A stretch of 40,816 bases of DNA from a virus (Duplodnaviria; Caudoviricetes). The DNA is taken from IMG/VR virus record IMGVR_UViG_3300043748_000042, positions 1-40,816 of that record. One strand, 5' to 3'. Shown here piece after piece: positions 15,838-26,054 of this stretch; the first letter of the stretch is position 1, and each line of letters starts with the position of its first letter. Both the position numbers and the translations under genes were made by a program. The notes below the pieces were generated by a model. The model was not told where the DNA came from, did not search any database, and was given only the letters and a program-made list of their open reading frames with translations.

Positions 15838-16110
15838 TCAGGGGTGGGCCATGGCGTAGATGGCGGCGATGGCGCCGACCACGCCGCCGATGGCGCCGAT
15901 GGTCGGCAGCGGCCAGCGGCCTCGCTTGAGGGATTCGACGTCGGCCCGGAGCCCGGCGACGTCCGCCTCGGTGATGGCAGTCTGCTCGACTGCACGGATC
16001 CGGGTCTCGTGGTCGGCGACGCCCGCGGTGGCCGTGTCCAGCTTGGTCTCGAGACGGGTCAGCACCACCAGCAGGTCCACCGTCGTAGGGGTAGGGGCCG
16101 GGTTGGTCAC
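15838..16110 (-). CDS. Lysis-cassette membrane protein (coiled coil plus C-terminal TM)
   Basis: DHETRIRAVE coil and hydrophobic C-terminus; GTGA overlap with holin. Confidence 0.7.
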   Translation of the reverse strand: MTNPAPTPTTVDLLVVLTRLETKLDTATAGVADHETRIRAVEQTAITEADVAGLRADVESLKRGRWPLPTIGAIGGVVGAIAAIYAMAHP

Positions 16111-16388
16111 TCGCGGCTCGCGGTCGGCGGGACGGGGGGCGCCGGCGGGGCGACCGGGTCGGGCAGCGGCGCCTTCGGCGGGGTCATCCGCAGCCACGCG
16201 GGCATCCAGGCGTCGACCTGCGGGAGGGCGAGGACGCGGGTGATGGCGGCCGCGACCGCGAGGACGGTGCCGAGGCCGGGGAGGGTGTCCGGCAGACCAG
16301 CGGTGCGGACGAGCAGCGGCAGACCGGCGGCGAGCGCGAGGACGACGGCGAGGATGGTGCGGGCGGTGCGGCGGGCGGAGTCGGACAT
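16107..16388 (-). CDS. Holin
   Basis: Two TM segments, RRTARTIL start, directly after the endolysin. Confidence 0.75.
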   Translation of the reverse strand: MSDSARRTARTILAVVLALAAGLPLLVRTAGLPDTLPGLGTVLAVAAAITRVLALPQVDAWMPAWLRMTPPKAPLPDPVAPPAPPVPPTASRE

Positions 16389-16400
16389 CAGGTGCTCCGA

Positions 16401-17597
16401 TCAGTCGGTGACGGTGAAGCCGTGGGCGTCGCCCAGGCGCTGGAGGCTGGCGTGACCGGGGACGCCGTCCGCTGCCTGGCCGCTGTAGCCGAGGGAGCGC
16501 TGGTAGGCGGCGTAGGCGGCGACGGTCATGGTGCCGAACGAACCGCGACCCCAGGCCGAGTTGTTGGCGTCAAGGACGCCCTCGGCGCACAGGGCGTTCT
16601 GGACGATGGTCACGTCGCCCGGGTACGTCTGGTGGCCCTGCTCGGCGCCCGGGTCGGTCTGCGCGGCGGCGATGATGTGCGCGAGGGAGACCGTGCGGCT
16701 CGGCGGGTTGCCAAGCAGCTGCCGGAGGCTGTCCGGGCCGGGGACACCGTCCGCTGCCTGGCCGCTGTAGCCGAGGGAGCGCTGGTAGTCGGCGTAGTTC
16801 TCGGTGTCCGCGTCCGTCCAGTTCGGGCCGGGGCCCTGCTGGTAGTGGGAGCCGAAACCGCGGGCGACCAGCGCCTGCCCGACGGCGGTCACCTGATCGC
16901 CCTGGGCGCCGTAGCCGTACTGGAGGCCGTTGATCGTGGTCTGGTATCGGGCCGGGGTGGCATCCGGCGCGGGCGCGGGGGTCGGCTGGGGCGCCGGGTC
17001 GCTACCGGCGGTACCGAAGTCAGGCCAGCTACCCGGGTCGGTGTGGTCGTTGAACGGCACGTGCGCGTGCGCGTACCAGCCGCCCTGCGTCTCCCACACC
17101 TGCTCGTCGCGGTGGTCGGTGAAGTCGGTCGGGCGCCCCATCGGCCATACGTCCGGGACGCCCCAGGAGGAGATGAAGGCGTGCAGGCGGTCCCACCCGG
17201 CGCACGGGGTGTCCACCAGGCGCGCGTACACCTGGCCGTCCTTGCGGCAGTAGGGGAAGAACACCGCCTCGATCTGGATGACCACGCGGCCGGCCCGGTT
17301 AGTCCGGGTCGGCGAACCGGGCGGGCTTAGAACGGACTTGGATCGGGAGTCGGCCGGGAACAGCTGGGCTATCCGCCCGCTGAACGGGTCCCAGATGAAG
17401 TGCGGGGCGGCCCCGGCGCCGCTGGTGGTGAAGTAGTTGACGAGGTCGTCGAAGGTGCACCAGTCCTGCGGTGCGGCGGCGGTGGCGTTGCGGTCCCAGG
17501 TGATGTGGGCGATGGCCTTCGGGGGGTACTGCTGGTCGGTCGGGGCGTGGTCGCCGAGGTCGTGTATCTCGGCGCCGGGCATCCACTGGTCGGGCAT
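16401..17597 (-). CDS. Endolysin: amidase-like domain plus two peptidoglycan-binding repeats
   Basis: IAHIT, APHFIWDP, IQIE, HAHVPFNDHTDPG; YQRSLGYSGQAADGVPG twice. Confidence 0.88.
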   Translation of the reverse strand: MPDQWMPGAEIHDLGDHAPTDQQYPPKAIAHITWDRNATAAAPQDWCTFDDLVNYFTTSGAGAAPHFIWDPFSGRIAQLFPADSRSKSVLSPPGSPTRTNRAGRVVIQIEAVFFPYCRKDGQVYARLVDTPCAGWDRLHAFISSWGVPDVWPMGRPTDFTDHRDEQVWETQGGWYAHAHVPFNDHTDPGSWPDFGTAGSDPAPQPTPAPAPDATPARYQTTINGLQYGYGAQGDQVTAVGQALVARGFGSHYQQGPGPNWTDADTENYADYQRSLGYSGQAADGVPGPDSLRQLLGNPPSRTVSLAHIIAAAQTDPGAEQGHQTYPGDVTIVQNALCAEGVLDANNSAWGRGSFGTMTVAAYAAYQRSLGYSGQAADGVPGHASLQRLGDAHGFTVTD

Positions 17598-17663
17598 GGC
17601 GTGGGCCTCCTGAGCATGAAGAAGCCCCCGTACCGTCCGGCCGGGGGGCTTGTTGGAAGGTGG

Positions 17664-18035
17664 TCAGGTGAGCGGTACGTCCGCAGCGGTCGAGGTGACC
17701 GCGAAGTTGCTGTAGTGGCGCAGGGCGACGCTGGCGCCGGCGGTCTTGAGAGGCTGGGCGAAGTCGAGGGCGGCGCGGATCCCTCCGAGGTACGCCGAGG
17801 TGTTGTTGGGCCATCCGGGGACATCGTCGTTCGACGTGAACGCCCACACCTGCCATGTGGTGGTGTTGGACGTGTTCGGCTGGTTGACTGCGATGAGCCA
17901 CAGCTCGCCGTACACAGCGGGTGATCCAGCCGGTTGCCCGGCTCGGCCCGCGCGGTACTCGGCGCCGGCCATCTGGTCGAGATAAGTGGTCAAGTCGCCC
18001 GGGTTGGGGGCTCCGAGTGTGCCGAGATAGCGCAA
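17664..18035 (-). CDS. Hypothetical protein (tail/lysis boundary)
   Basis: GAGGAG SD before TTG. Confidence 0.65.
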   Translation of the reverse strand: MRYLGTLGAPNPGDLTTYLDQMAGAEYRAGRAGQPAGSPAVYGELWLIAVNQPNTSNTTTWQVWAFTSNDDVPGWPNNTSAYLGGIRAALDFAQPLKTAGASVALRHYSNFAVTSTAADVPLT

Positions 18036-18044
18036 CGGTTCTCC

Positions 18045-18617
18045 TCAGGATTGGACGCCGTACAGGTAGCGGGTGGTGCCGTAGACGTTGCCGGTGCCGC
18101 TGGTGACCTGGGCCTGCAAAGTGAACTCGACCTCGGCCATGTGCGCGAAGCTAGGCAGCGCAGCGGTGGCGTTGAGCTCGGCGCCAACGGCTCCGGTGAT
18201 GACGGGGACGCTGTTCACACACAGGCGGAGCTGGCCGGCGGTGCCGCTGTCGGCGGACAGCGCCGCCCGGACCTTGATCTTGGGGTGCTGGGTGATGCCG
18301 CGCGAGCGGGCGATCGTGGTCCAGGAGCTGGCGGAGGTGCGGGGCCAGTTGGCGGAGTTGTCGTCGGTGGGCGGGCTGTAGGCGACCCAGGGCCGGGCGA
18401 GGCCTGCCCCGGCGATGGTGTCCTCTGCGACCAGGGTGTTGCCGGCTTTGTCGAGCCACGACCAGGCAGCGGCGAGCTGGGCGGCGAGGGTGCCGTCCGC
18501 GCGCCGCAGCAACGGGATGAGCTGGGCGGCGCGTTCGCGAACCTGCCGCTGCAGGTCGGCGATCGCCCGGCCCATCCCGTCGATGCCGGCGGGCAGTTGG
18601 TCTCGGCGGATGCTCAA
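18045..18617 (-). CDS. Minor tail protein
   Basis: TTGA overlap, N-terminal coil then beta-rich region, tail synteny. Confidence 0.7.
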   Translation of the reverse strand: MSIRRDQLPAGIDGMGRAIADLQRQVRERAAQLIPLLRRADGTLAAQLAAAWSWLDKAGNTLVAEDTIAGAGLARPWVAYSPPTDDNSANWPRTSASSWTTIARSRGITQHPKIKVRAALSADSGTAGQLRLCVNSVPVITGAVGAELNATAALPSFAHMAEVEFTLQAQVTSGTGNVYGTTRYLYGVQS

Positions 18618-19696
18618 TGCTCCTCCAGCAGGATCGGGCTGACGCGGTCGGCCTCGGCGTCCAGTTCCCAGCCGTAGGCGCGGGAGACTACGGAGGCGCC
18701 CCGGGGGTGCCGTTGGGAGGCGGTGATGTTGACGCCGACACTGTCCCCGAGGCTCCAGGCGGTTCCGAGCCGCGGGGCGACGCTCGCCGCAGCGTTGACG
18801 GTCCATACGGACGCGCCCGGCTGCAGGCGCGTGAGGGCGTCGGTGGCGTGCGCCTCCAGCTGCGTCACGTCGGTGATCCCTGTTGCGGGCTGGTAGCGGT
18901 GCTCCCACAGGCACCAGCCGTCGGCGATCCACGACGTCGCGGTGTGCGCGGTCGAGGTGATCCGGGACGCGCCCTGGCCCTCGCCGCGGGCGACGACCGA
19001 GGTCGCTCCCTTGCCCCGCTCATACGATTCGGACAGGAGGTAGTCCGTGATGCAGCCGGGCAAGTCGAACTGGGCCTCGGGAACGGCCGCTTGGACGCCG
19101 ATCTTCGGCCGGATCCGCAGGACCAGCTGGAACATCGTCTGCGCGGCGTCCGCCCACACGGTGTCGACGGTCCACTCGGGGGCGCCGGCCATGGCATCGA
19201 GTTCCTGCAGGCAGGACAGCACCGTTTTGTCGTCCGAGTCCTGCACCGTGTAGTTGCCGATGGTGCCCGACGCGACCGAGTCGACGGTGAACGGCGGCCC
19301 CTGGGCGAGAACGGGCTGCGCGACCTGGGCCATGGCCGTGGAGAGATCGACTGCCGTGCCGCTGTAAGCCCCCGTGAACCGCCTGTCCAGGTAGGCCTCG
19401 GGGGTGCTCGCGGTGATGGCGACGGTGTCGGCGGAGCCGCCCTCACGCACCATCGGGATGCTGGACCACAGGGGCACCCCGGTCGTCGAGTCGACCGCGA
19501 CGAGCAGGGTGCGACCCGGGTCCGTTGCGGACTGCCACTCGGGAGGTGCGCCGGCCAGCGCCAACTCGGCGCGCACGCTCGTGACCGTGCCCAGTCGTCG
19601 GGACAGCGCCTGCGTCGGTGTGAGCGCGGGGAGCTCCTCCGCGATGCGGCCCGTCCGGAGGTCGCAGGCGTACCAGGCGAGAGTGACCGCGCTCAC
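18614..19696 (-). CDS. Minor tail/baseplate hub-like protein
   Basis: WYACDLRTGRIAEELP start typical of actinophage tail-tip proteins; synteny. Confidence 0.75.
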   Translation of the reverse strand: MSAVTLAWYACDLRTGRIAEELPALTPTQALSRRLGTVTSVRAELALAGAPPEWQSATDPGRTLLVAVDSTTGVPLWSSIPMVREGGSADTVAITASTPEAYLDRRFTGAYSGTAVDLSTAMAQVAQPVLAQGPPFTVDSVASGTIGNYTVQDSDDKTVLSCLQELDAMAGAPEWTVDTVWADAAQTMFQLVLRIRPKIGVQAAVPEAQFDLPGCITDYLLSESYERGKGATSVVARGEGQGASRITSTAHTATSWIADGWCLWEHRYQPATGITDVTQLEAHATDALTRLQPGASVWTVNAAASVAPRLGTAWSLGDSVGVNITASQRHPRGASVVSRAYGWELDAEADRVSPILLEEH

Positions 19697-20724
19697 GTGG
19701 CGGCCTCGTAGAGGACCGACCAGTACAGGGACCCGTTGCTCGACGCACCGACCGGGAGTGCGTTGGTGAGGTTGGAGAAGAAGTACGACGTCTGCATCTT
19801 GACGGTGAACCCGGCGACGGTGGCACCCGGGCTGATCTCGACCACGCCGAGGTATTCGTTGTCGGCGGCGACGGTGTAGTTGGCGGTGCCTTGCACTTTA
19901 ATGCCGGTGCTGGCGGCCTGCACCGGCAGCGACATTGACCACAGGCCGCCCCCGCCGTTGCTGGTGGAGCCGAGGAGCAGATTCCCGTACCAGTGGATCT
20001 GACGCCCGGTGCGGCACCAGCGGGAGACCAGGGTGCCGTTACCGAGCACCGGGTTCGTGGACGAGGCGGTCCACGCCGGCGTGAACGAGGTGTAGTCACC
20101 CTGCGCGGCCCACGCCGAGCCGGTCCAGTACTCCGGCACGCCCCGAGAGACGTTGAAGCGGGCCTGGCCGGTGTAGGTGCCGGCGAGAGCGATGTCGGTG
20201 CTGGAGGAGACCGGCAGGACGCCGCCTGGGGCGACGGTGAGCGGCCGATTCGCGGTGCTGACCGTGGGGGATCCGCCGCCGGACGGCGGGACGGTGATGA
20301 CGGCGAGCTGGATGTAGATCTCGGTGGGGCCCGGCGCCGGTGCGACGGGGGTGGCCGACGCGGTGCCCTGCAGGTAGACCGCATCAGCCTGACGCAGCCC
20401 CGTGCCGTCCACGGCCGTGTCCCACACCCGCAGATACACGAGGTCGAGCCGGGTGTAGGTCGCGTTGGCGGCGGCGAGGGTCAGGGTCGTCGCGGCGAGG
20501 TAGGCCCGGTAGAGGCTCTGGCCCGTGAAGGTGAGGGCCGCGACGCCGGCGGAGATGTTGATGGTGGTCCCGGACAGTGTGACGGTGAGCCCGGGATCAC
20601 CCGGGCGGATACCGGGCCGGGACCCGAGCGTCGTGCCGTCGCTCATGACGAGCATGCTGTCCATGCTCCGCAAGTCCGCCTCGTTGTAGGAGAGCGATGG
20701 CTCCCAGAGAGGTCGCGTGGCCAC
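19693..20724 (-). CDS. Minor tail protein (receptor-binding/fibre-like)
   Basis: AAGGAG SD; TRLDLVYLRVWD motif; EYWTGSAW linker and C-terminal beta domain. Confidence 0.75.
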   Translation of the reverse strand: MATRPLWEPSLSYNEADLRSMDSMLVMSDGTTLGSRPGIRPGDPGLTVTLSGTTINISAGVAALTFTGQSLYRAYLAATTLTLAAANATYTRLDLVYLRVWDTAVDGTGLRQADAVYLQGTASATPVAPAPGPTEIYIQLAVITVPPSGGGSPTVSTANRPLTVAPGGVLPVSSSTDIALAGTYTGQARFNVSRGVPEYWTGSAWAAQGDYTSFTPAWTASSTNPVLGNGTLVSRWCRTGRQIHWYGNLLLGSTSNGGGGLWSMSLPVQAASTGIKVQGTANYTVAADNEYLGVVEISPGATVAGFTVKMQTSYFFSNLTNALPVGASSNGSLYWSVLYEAAT

Positions 20725-20732
20725 GGGGCTCC

Positions 20733-21596
20733 TTACATCCAGGCGGACCGGCAGGCGCCGGTGAGCACGGCGGACGAGTTGTACGGGGTGGCGTTCCACT
20801 GGACCGTGACGGAACCAGGCGGGATCTCGGGCCACTGCCCGGACAGGTAACGGCGCCGGGACGTCGTGCCGTTGAGCGTCACGGTGTGCGCAGAGCAGTC
20901 GATGACGAGCTGGTCGCCAGCCAGCAGGGCCGACGAGTAGGTGAGCTGCCGCGTGCTGCCGTCCGGGTACTGGGCGACGATCTGGATCGGCGGTGTCGCC
21001 GGCCCGGTGAGCGTCAGGACCGGTTTGGCGGTGATCGTGCCCGCGTTGGTGAGAGTCAGCGTCCCCGAGCTGCTGCCGCTGGTGATGGTCAGCGGCAGCG
21101 TCCACGGCAGCGCGGTGCCGCCGGTGACCTGCGGCAGCCCGGTGGACTGGGACTGCAGCGTGGTGGAATACCGGCGCGGGTCGGCCGCGGTCAGTAGCGC
21201 ACTGTAGGTGGCCACCCGGTCCGTCTGCCGTTCAATCAGCAGCTTTCCGGAGCGTCGCACGACGCACTGCTTGGGGGTCGTCTCGTAGACGACGACCAGC
21301 GTGTCGCCGAGGGATACAGCGGCCTGGAGCTGATCGAGAGCGGCGTCCAGGGCGGCCCGGGTCGGGGCGACGATCGTCCCCTGAGGGGCCAGTACCCTCG
21401 GCTGCATGTAAGCCGGGCTCGCCCAGGCGCCGTGGTCGGCCTGACGGCGAGAATGGGTGATCCAGATATCCGGCGAGTCCCATCCCTCCAACTTGCTGAG
21501 GCCCCAGGCGATGCCGGCGGAGTCGACGCCGCCGAGTGGGATGGCGCCGAGGTCGACCCGTAGGCCGCCGAGTGTGCTCCCGGGCGTGTACGCCAC
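20733..21596 (-). CDS. Distal tail protein (Dit-like)
   Basis: Follows tape measure; AADPRRYS, NAGT..AKPVLTLTGP, ends RSAWM. Confidence 0.8.
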   Translation of the reverse strand: MAYTPGSTLGGLRVDLGAIPLGGVDSAGIAWGLSKLEGWDSPDIWITHSRRQADHGAWASPAYMQPRVLAPQGTIVAPTRAALDAALDQLQAAVSLGDTLVVVYETTPKQCVVRRSGKLLIERQTDRVATYSALLTAADPRRYSTTLQSQSTGLPQVTGGTALPWTLPLTITSGSSSGTLTLTNAGTITAKPVLTLTGPATPPIQIVAQYPDGSTRQLTYSSALLAGDQLVIDCSAHTVTLNGTTSRRRYLSGQWPEIPPGSVTVQWNATPYNSSAVLTGACRSAWM

Positions 21597-21611
21597 GACA
21601 TCACCCCTCTC

Positions 21612-24600
21612 TCAGCTGACGAACTGCAGATGCCGCATCAGGTCGGCGACCTGCTCGCGGCCGGACTGTTGGGCCCCGTGCAGGTGCATCTCGATGCTCC
21701 GGGACTGGTCGTAGCTCGTGGTCGACGTCGTGCCGACGCCGCTCATGACCCGGGCTGGCACCAGCTGGTACCCGAACCGGCCAGCGACGTCGCCGAGGAT
21801 GGCCGTCGACCGGGTCCGCTTGGTCGGGCTGAGCGGGATGTACGCCTCCCCACCGGTCTCCGGCTCTGCCCACAGCCGCATGGCGCCGGCCGGGGCGATC
21901 TGGGCGACGTGGCGCTCGGCGCCGTTCGCGAACGCGGTGACCCCGCCGTTGGCGTAGGCGTAGTTGATGCCGCCGTTGGCCCAGCCGACCGGCACGTGCT
22001 TGTCGGCGTACGTCATCCAGCTGACGTCCACGGACACGGACTTGCTGGTCGGAATCGCGTCGAGCTTGCTGATCAACGCGTTCAGGTTGGCCTGCGCCTG
22101 CCCGGTGGGCACCGTGATCTCCATCTGCCGCCCACCCGGCAGCTCACGCACCGCGATGCCGACGGACTGCAGATCCTTGACGGCATCGGCGGTCAAGGCG
22201 CTGACGGTGACCTTCGTCCCCTCGGCCAGGTGCGACGTCAGCCCCTGGACGTAGAGCAAATCCTTCTGGGTCTCGGTCATGCCCGGGGTCGACATGGTGA
22301 TCGCCAGGTAGGACGGGATGAGTCCCATCCGGTAGGCCAAAGTTTTGGCCTGATCAGCCGACAATCCGAACTCGGTGCCGGCCTTCACGGCGGCCTCCCA
22401 CGCGGTCTGCATAGGGGCCTCGGCCCGGTTCAGGGCCTCGGTCAGGTTGACACCCTGGGAGCGGGCGAGGTCGTACGTGGCCTGAGCGGCCCCGGCCGTA
22501 CCCTCGGTGAGGCTCTGAAGTTTGGTCCAGAGCGTCTGACCGTTCTCCGTCGTGGTGTTCAAGCTGCCGTCGACGGCGAGGAGCGCGGCCCCGTAGCCCT
22601 GGGCCTTATCGATGCCGTTCGCCCAAGTCGCGTTGAGGTCGAGCACCTGCCTGTTCATCGTGGCCGTCGCGGCCTCGACGTCGAGCTGACCGCCGGACAG
22701 CAGGTGTAGCGCGTCCTTCAGGGCGCGGGCCTTGGTGTCCGCGTCCGCCTCGGTCTTGCTCAGGGTGTCGATCGCGGCCTTCAGACGCCCGGTCGGGTTG
22801 GTCGCGTCGCCGGCCGCAGAACCGGACCCCTGGACCGCGGCGGACAGGTCTTTCTGCCGCTGGATGGCTGTCGGGAGCTCGCCATCAAGAGCGCCGAGCG
22901 CGTCGGCGGCCGCCTTGTACTGGCGGCCCTGCTCGTGGGCAAGCACCTGGTCCCGCTCGCTGCCAGACCGGGACGCGGCGTAGGACTTGGCGAGATCCTC
23001 CAACTTCTGCCGCAGCTGGGGGATCGAACTGCCTTGGCCGAGGTAGGCGTCGGTCAGCTCGGTCGCGCTGACCGACGCCTTCTTCATGACGTCCAACAAG
23101 GACGTCTTGCCGTCCTTCAGCTTGGCGTCGCTGATGATCTGCACGGCAGCCGCCCGCACGGATGCGTCGACCTCACCATGCGACTGCTGCAGGGCGGTGG
23201 TGAGGCTGGTGATGCGGGAACGGTGTGCCTCAGCGGCGGCCGCGGCCTGCTGCTGCTTCTGGGCGAGGTGGTCGAGGCCGACCATCGCGAGAGCGATCGC
23301 AACACCCCACGGGCCGCCCAGGAACGACCACAGGCCACCGAGGGCACCCCGCAGGCCCATGCCGGCGCCGGTGCCGACGGCCGCCGCCGTGCCGGCGAGC
23401 GCGCCACGGAACCCAGCGAGCCGGCCGCCGCTTTCCTCGATCGCCGCCGAGGTGCTGCGGTAGGCGCCCGCCATCGCGCCGATCACCGGGACGTGAGCCT
23501 CCAGCGCGGCGAAGCTGGCTCCCCATCGGCCGACCGACACACCGGCCTGATCGGCGAGGATCCTCTGCATCTCAATACTGGCGCCGACGTTGCGGAACGC
23601 GTCGACCCCGGCTCGCCCGTAGCCGACGACGGTGTCCTGCAGGGCCTGGATCTGCGGCCGGAACGGCCTCATCGCGATCATGCCCAGGACGGACAGCTGG
23701 ATCGGGCCGGGCAACTCGGCGAAGGCGTGCGCGACGTCGCCGACTACGGAGGCGATCGGGCCGAGTTCCTTGGACAGGTCGGCGACCAGGCCGATGCCGG
23801 CGTGCACACGGCCGGCCAGCACCTCGACGGCCCCGGCGTGACTGAGGAGGGCGGTGCCGCTCTCCTTCACTGCGCTGGTGAACGGGCTCACGGCCGACTT
23901 GGCGTTGCGATAGACCTCGGACAGGAGGTCCAGGTCGTGCGCGACGACCGGGATGGCCCGGGTGGCGAGATGGGACAGGGTCGACTCGACCGGCCCGACG
24001 AGGCTGGTCGCGGCGTGCAGGATCCGGGCGCCCCCAGCAGTCAGGACCCGTTCCACGCTTGGGCCGTAAACCGTCCACAGGTCGGCGGCGGTCTGGATCC
24101 CGCGCTGGATGTAGGGGATCGCGCTGGAGACTCCAGCCGCCATGCCGCGGGTGATCTTCTCCAACGTCGGGGCGATGCCCAGGTACAGCTCCAGAGCGGC
24201 GGCCTGCAGCTGCTTGCCCAGGCCCCGCATCGCGCCGCCGAGCCCCTTGGACTCGGCCGCCGCGAGGGCGGCCGCGCCACCGGCCCGGCCGACCTGAATT
24301 GAAAAACTGTCCCACGCCTCAGCGCCCTGATGGGCGAGCGCGGTCATTGCGGAAAGCGCCGGTTTGCCAAATGCCATGGCGGCGGCACTCGTAAACTGCT
24401 GCTCAGTCAGCCTTCCCTGAGCAGTGTGAAGCTGATCGACTACGTATCGAAGGCCTTTGAATCGACCCTCGGAATCGAAGGCCTGGATCCCGAGCTCTTT
24501 CAGGCCCTGCGCCATTTGATTGGTCGGCTTGGCCAGGTTGACCAGCGCACCACGGAGGGAGGTGCCTGCGGTCTCGCCGATGATCCCGCTCTTCCCGAGC

Positions 24601-25484
24601 AGGCCGATCGCGGTAGCCGTGTCCTCGATGGAAACGCCCAAAGAATGCGCGGTCGGGCCGACATACTTCATGGCGTAGTACATATCCATCAGTTCGCCGC
24701 TGGCGCTGTTCGTCGCATTTGCTAGAACGTCGGCAACCTTGGTTGCCTGAGAAGCTTTCAGGGCGAACTGATCCATAATGTCGCCCTCGATTTTTGCCGC
24801 AGTTGCGACATCGGTCCGGGCAGCCGCCGACAGCTGGACCGTACCGCGGGCCGCCTTCACCGCGTCCTCGGCGCTGAGGCCGGCCTTGGCGAGTTCGGCC
24901 ATCGCGTCCGCGGCCTCGGCCGCGTTCGCGGACGGCAGCTTAAGGTCGGCGCCGAGGGCCCGCGCCTCCCTGCCGGCTGCCTCCATCTGGCCGCCGGAGG
25001 CGCGCGTCACCTCGAGGTAGCGGTTCATGGCGTCTGCGTACTCGTTGCCCTGGTGGACGATGTCGTGCAGGCCGTAGAGGATCGTGCCGCCGGCCAGTAG
25101 CAGGCCGAGGTGCTTGACGGACTCCAGCGCGCCCTCGGTGCCGTGCTGGACGGTCTCCATGCCGCCTCGGGCGGCGGTGCCAATCCGGTTGAACGCCGGT
25201 GCCGCTGCAGCCACTTCGGTGCCGACGGCCCGCACGCCGCGGGCGGCGGTGGTCGTGGCCTGCTCGGCTTCGCGCACCGCGGCGGCGCCACCGCGGGCTC
25301 CGGCGCCCAGCCTCGCGAGCCCGGCCTGGGCGGCGCCGGCCTCGGCGCCCATCAGGGCGGTACCGCGGCCAGCCCGCAGCGCGGACTCCTCCAGCGCGAG
25401 GGCGGAGGATCCCGCGCCGCGCATTCGGCTGTCGAACTGGGAGGTGTCCGCGACGACCCGGACGGTCACCGTGCGATCGGCCAC
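21612..25484 (-). CDS. Tape measure protein (TP901-like)
   Basis: 1290 aa Ala-rich helical; GETAGTSLRGALVNLAKPT; WAEPETGGEAYIPL. Confidence 0.93.
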   Translation of the reverse strand: MADRTVTVRVVADTSQFDSRMRGAGSSALALEESALRAGRGTALMGAEAGAAQAGLARLGAGARGGAAAVREAEQATTTAARGVRAVGTEVAAAAPAFNRIGTAARGGMETVQHGTEGALESVKHLGLLLAGGTILYGLHDIVHQGNEYADAMNRYLEVTRASGGQMEAAGREARALGADLKLPSANAAEAADAMAELAKAGLSAEDAVKAARGTVQLSAAARTDVATAAKIEGDIMDQFALKASQATKVADVLANATNSASGELMDMYYAMKYVGPTAHSLGVSIEDTATAIGLLGKSGIIGETAGTSLRGALVNLAKPTNQMAQGLKELGIQAFDSEGRFKGLRYVVDQLHTAQGRLTEQQFTSAAAMAFGKPALSAMTALAHQGAEAWDSFSIQVGRAGGAAALAAAESKGLGGAMRGLGKQLQAAALELYLGIAPTLEKITRGMAAGVSSAIPYIQRGIQTAADLWTVYGPSVERVLTAGGARILHAATSLVGPVESTLSHLATRAIPVVAHDLDLLSEVYRNAKSAVSPFTSAVKESGTALLSHAGAVEVLAGRVHAGIGLVADLSKELGPIASVVGDVAHAFAELPGPIQLSVLGMIAMRPFRPQIQALQDTVVGYGRAGVDAFRNVGASIEMQRILADQAGVSVGRWGASFAALEAHVPVIGAMAGAYRSTSAAIEESGGRLAGFRGALAGTAAAVGTGAGMGLRGALGGLWSFLGGPWGVAIALAMVGLDHLAQKQQQAAAAAEAHRSRITSLTTALQQSHGEVDASVRAAAVQIISDAKLKDGKTSLLDVMKKASVSATELTDAYLGQGSSIPQLRQKLEDLAKSYAASRSGSERDQVLAHEQGRQYKAAADALGALDGELPTAIQRQKDLSAAVQGSGSAAGDATNPTGRLKAAIDTLSKTEADADTKARALKDALHLLSGGQLDVEAATATMNRQVLDLNATWANGIDKAQGYGAALLAVDGSLNTTTENGQTLWTKLQSLTEGTAGAAQATYDLARSQGVNLTEALNRAEAPMQTAWEAAVKAGTEFGLSADQAKTLAYRMGLIPSYLAITMSTPGMTETQKDLLYVQGLTSHLAEGTKVTVSALTADAVKDLQSVGIAVRELPGGRQMEITVPTGQAQANLNALISKLDAIPTSKSVSVDVSWMTYADKHVPVGWANGGINYAYANGGVTAFANGAERHVAQIAPAGAMRLWAEPETGGEAYIPLSPTKRTRSTAILGDVAGRFGYQLVPARVMSGVGTTSTTSYDQSRSIEMHLHGAQQSGREQVADLMRHLQFVS

Positions 25485-25524
25485 GGGGCGCCTCCTCGCT
25501 CATGCGGGGCGGGCGCCCCAGGGG

Positions 25525-26037
25525 TCAGGTGGTCAGCTGGACCGCGAGCGCGCCGTCCCACAGGCGCCGCAGTTGGCCGTCGGACAGCTCGCCCCAGAGC
25601 TGGTCGAACTCCTCGCGGCTCTCGGGCCGGGGTTCGACGAGCTGGGCATGGACGAGCGCGGGGGCGAACCCGTCGGCGTCGAACGCAGGCTCGGGGACGC
25701 TGCGGCGCTTGGCGTCCTCGATCTGCTCGCGCGTGGCTGGATGCTGGGCCCGCAGATCCTGATAGGTGCGGTGCGAGACGGATTCCAGGACGAACTCGGC
25801 GCGGGAGGCGTCGGCGGCCTGCTCGGCTTCGCGCAGTGCACCGGTGGCGGCGGCCAGCTGCTCGGGGTCCGCACCGGCCGCCGTGAGCCGGTCGCACAGT
25901 TCCCCGAGGGAGTCGACCTGGGCGGCGGCCCCGGCGTCCAGCGTTAGCGGCACGATCCGGCGGGGGCGGCTGATGCGCTGCCGGATCTCGGCGAAGGTCA
26001 GCCGGGCCGGCGCGGGCGGGGTTTTGCGGGTGGTCAT
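25525..26037 (-). CDS. Second tail assembly chaperone-like protein
   Basis: Alignable to 26791-27264; immediately before the tape measure gene. Confidence 0.6.
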   Translation of the reverse strand: MTTRKTPPAPARLTFAEIRQRISRPRRIVPLTLDAGAAAQVDSLGELCDRLTAAGADPEQLAAATGALREAEQAADASRAEFVLESVSHRTYQDLRAQHPATREQIEDAKRRSVPEPAFDADGFAPALVHAQLVEPRPESREEFDQLWGELSDGQLRRLWDGALAVQLTT

Positions 26038-26054
26038 GGTGGGTGTCCTCACGG

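Noticed and set aside
16456-16797. Diversity-generating retroelement TR/VR pair
   Set aside because: No reverse transcriptase in the genome; both copies are in-frame domain repeats of one lysin.
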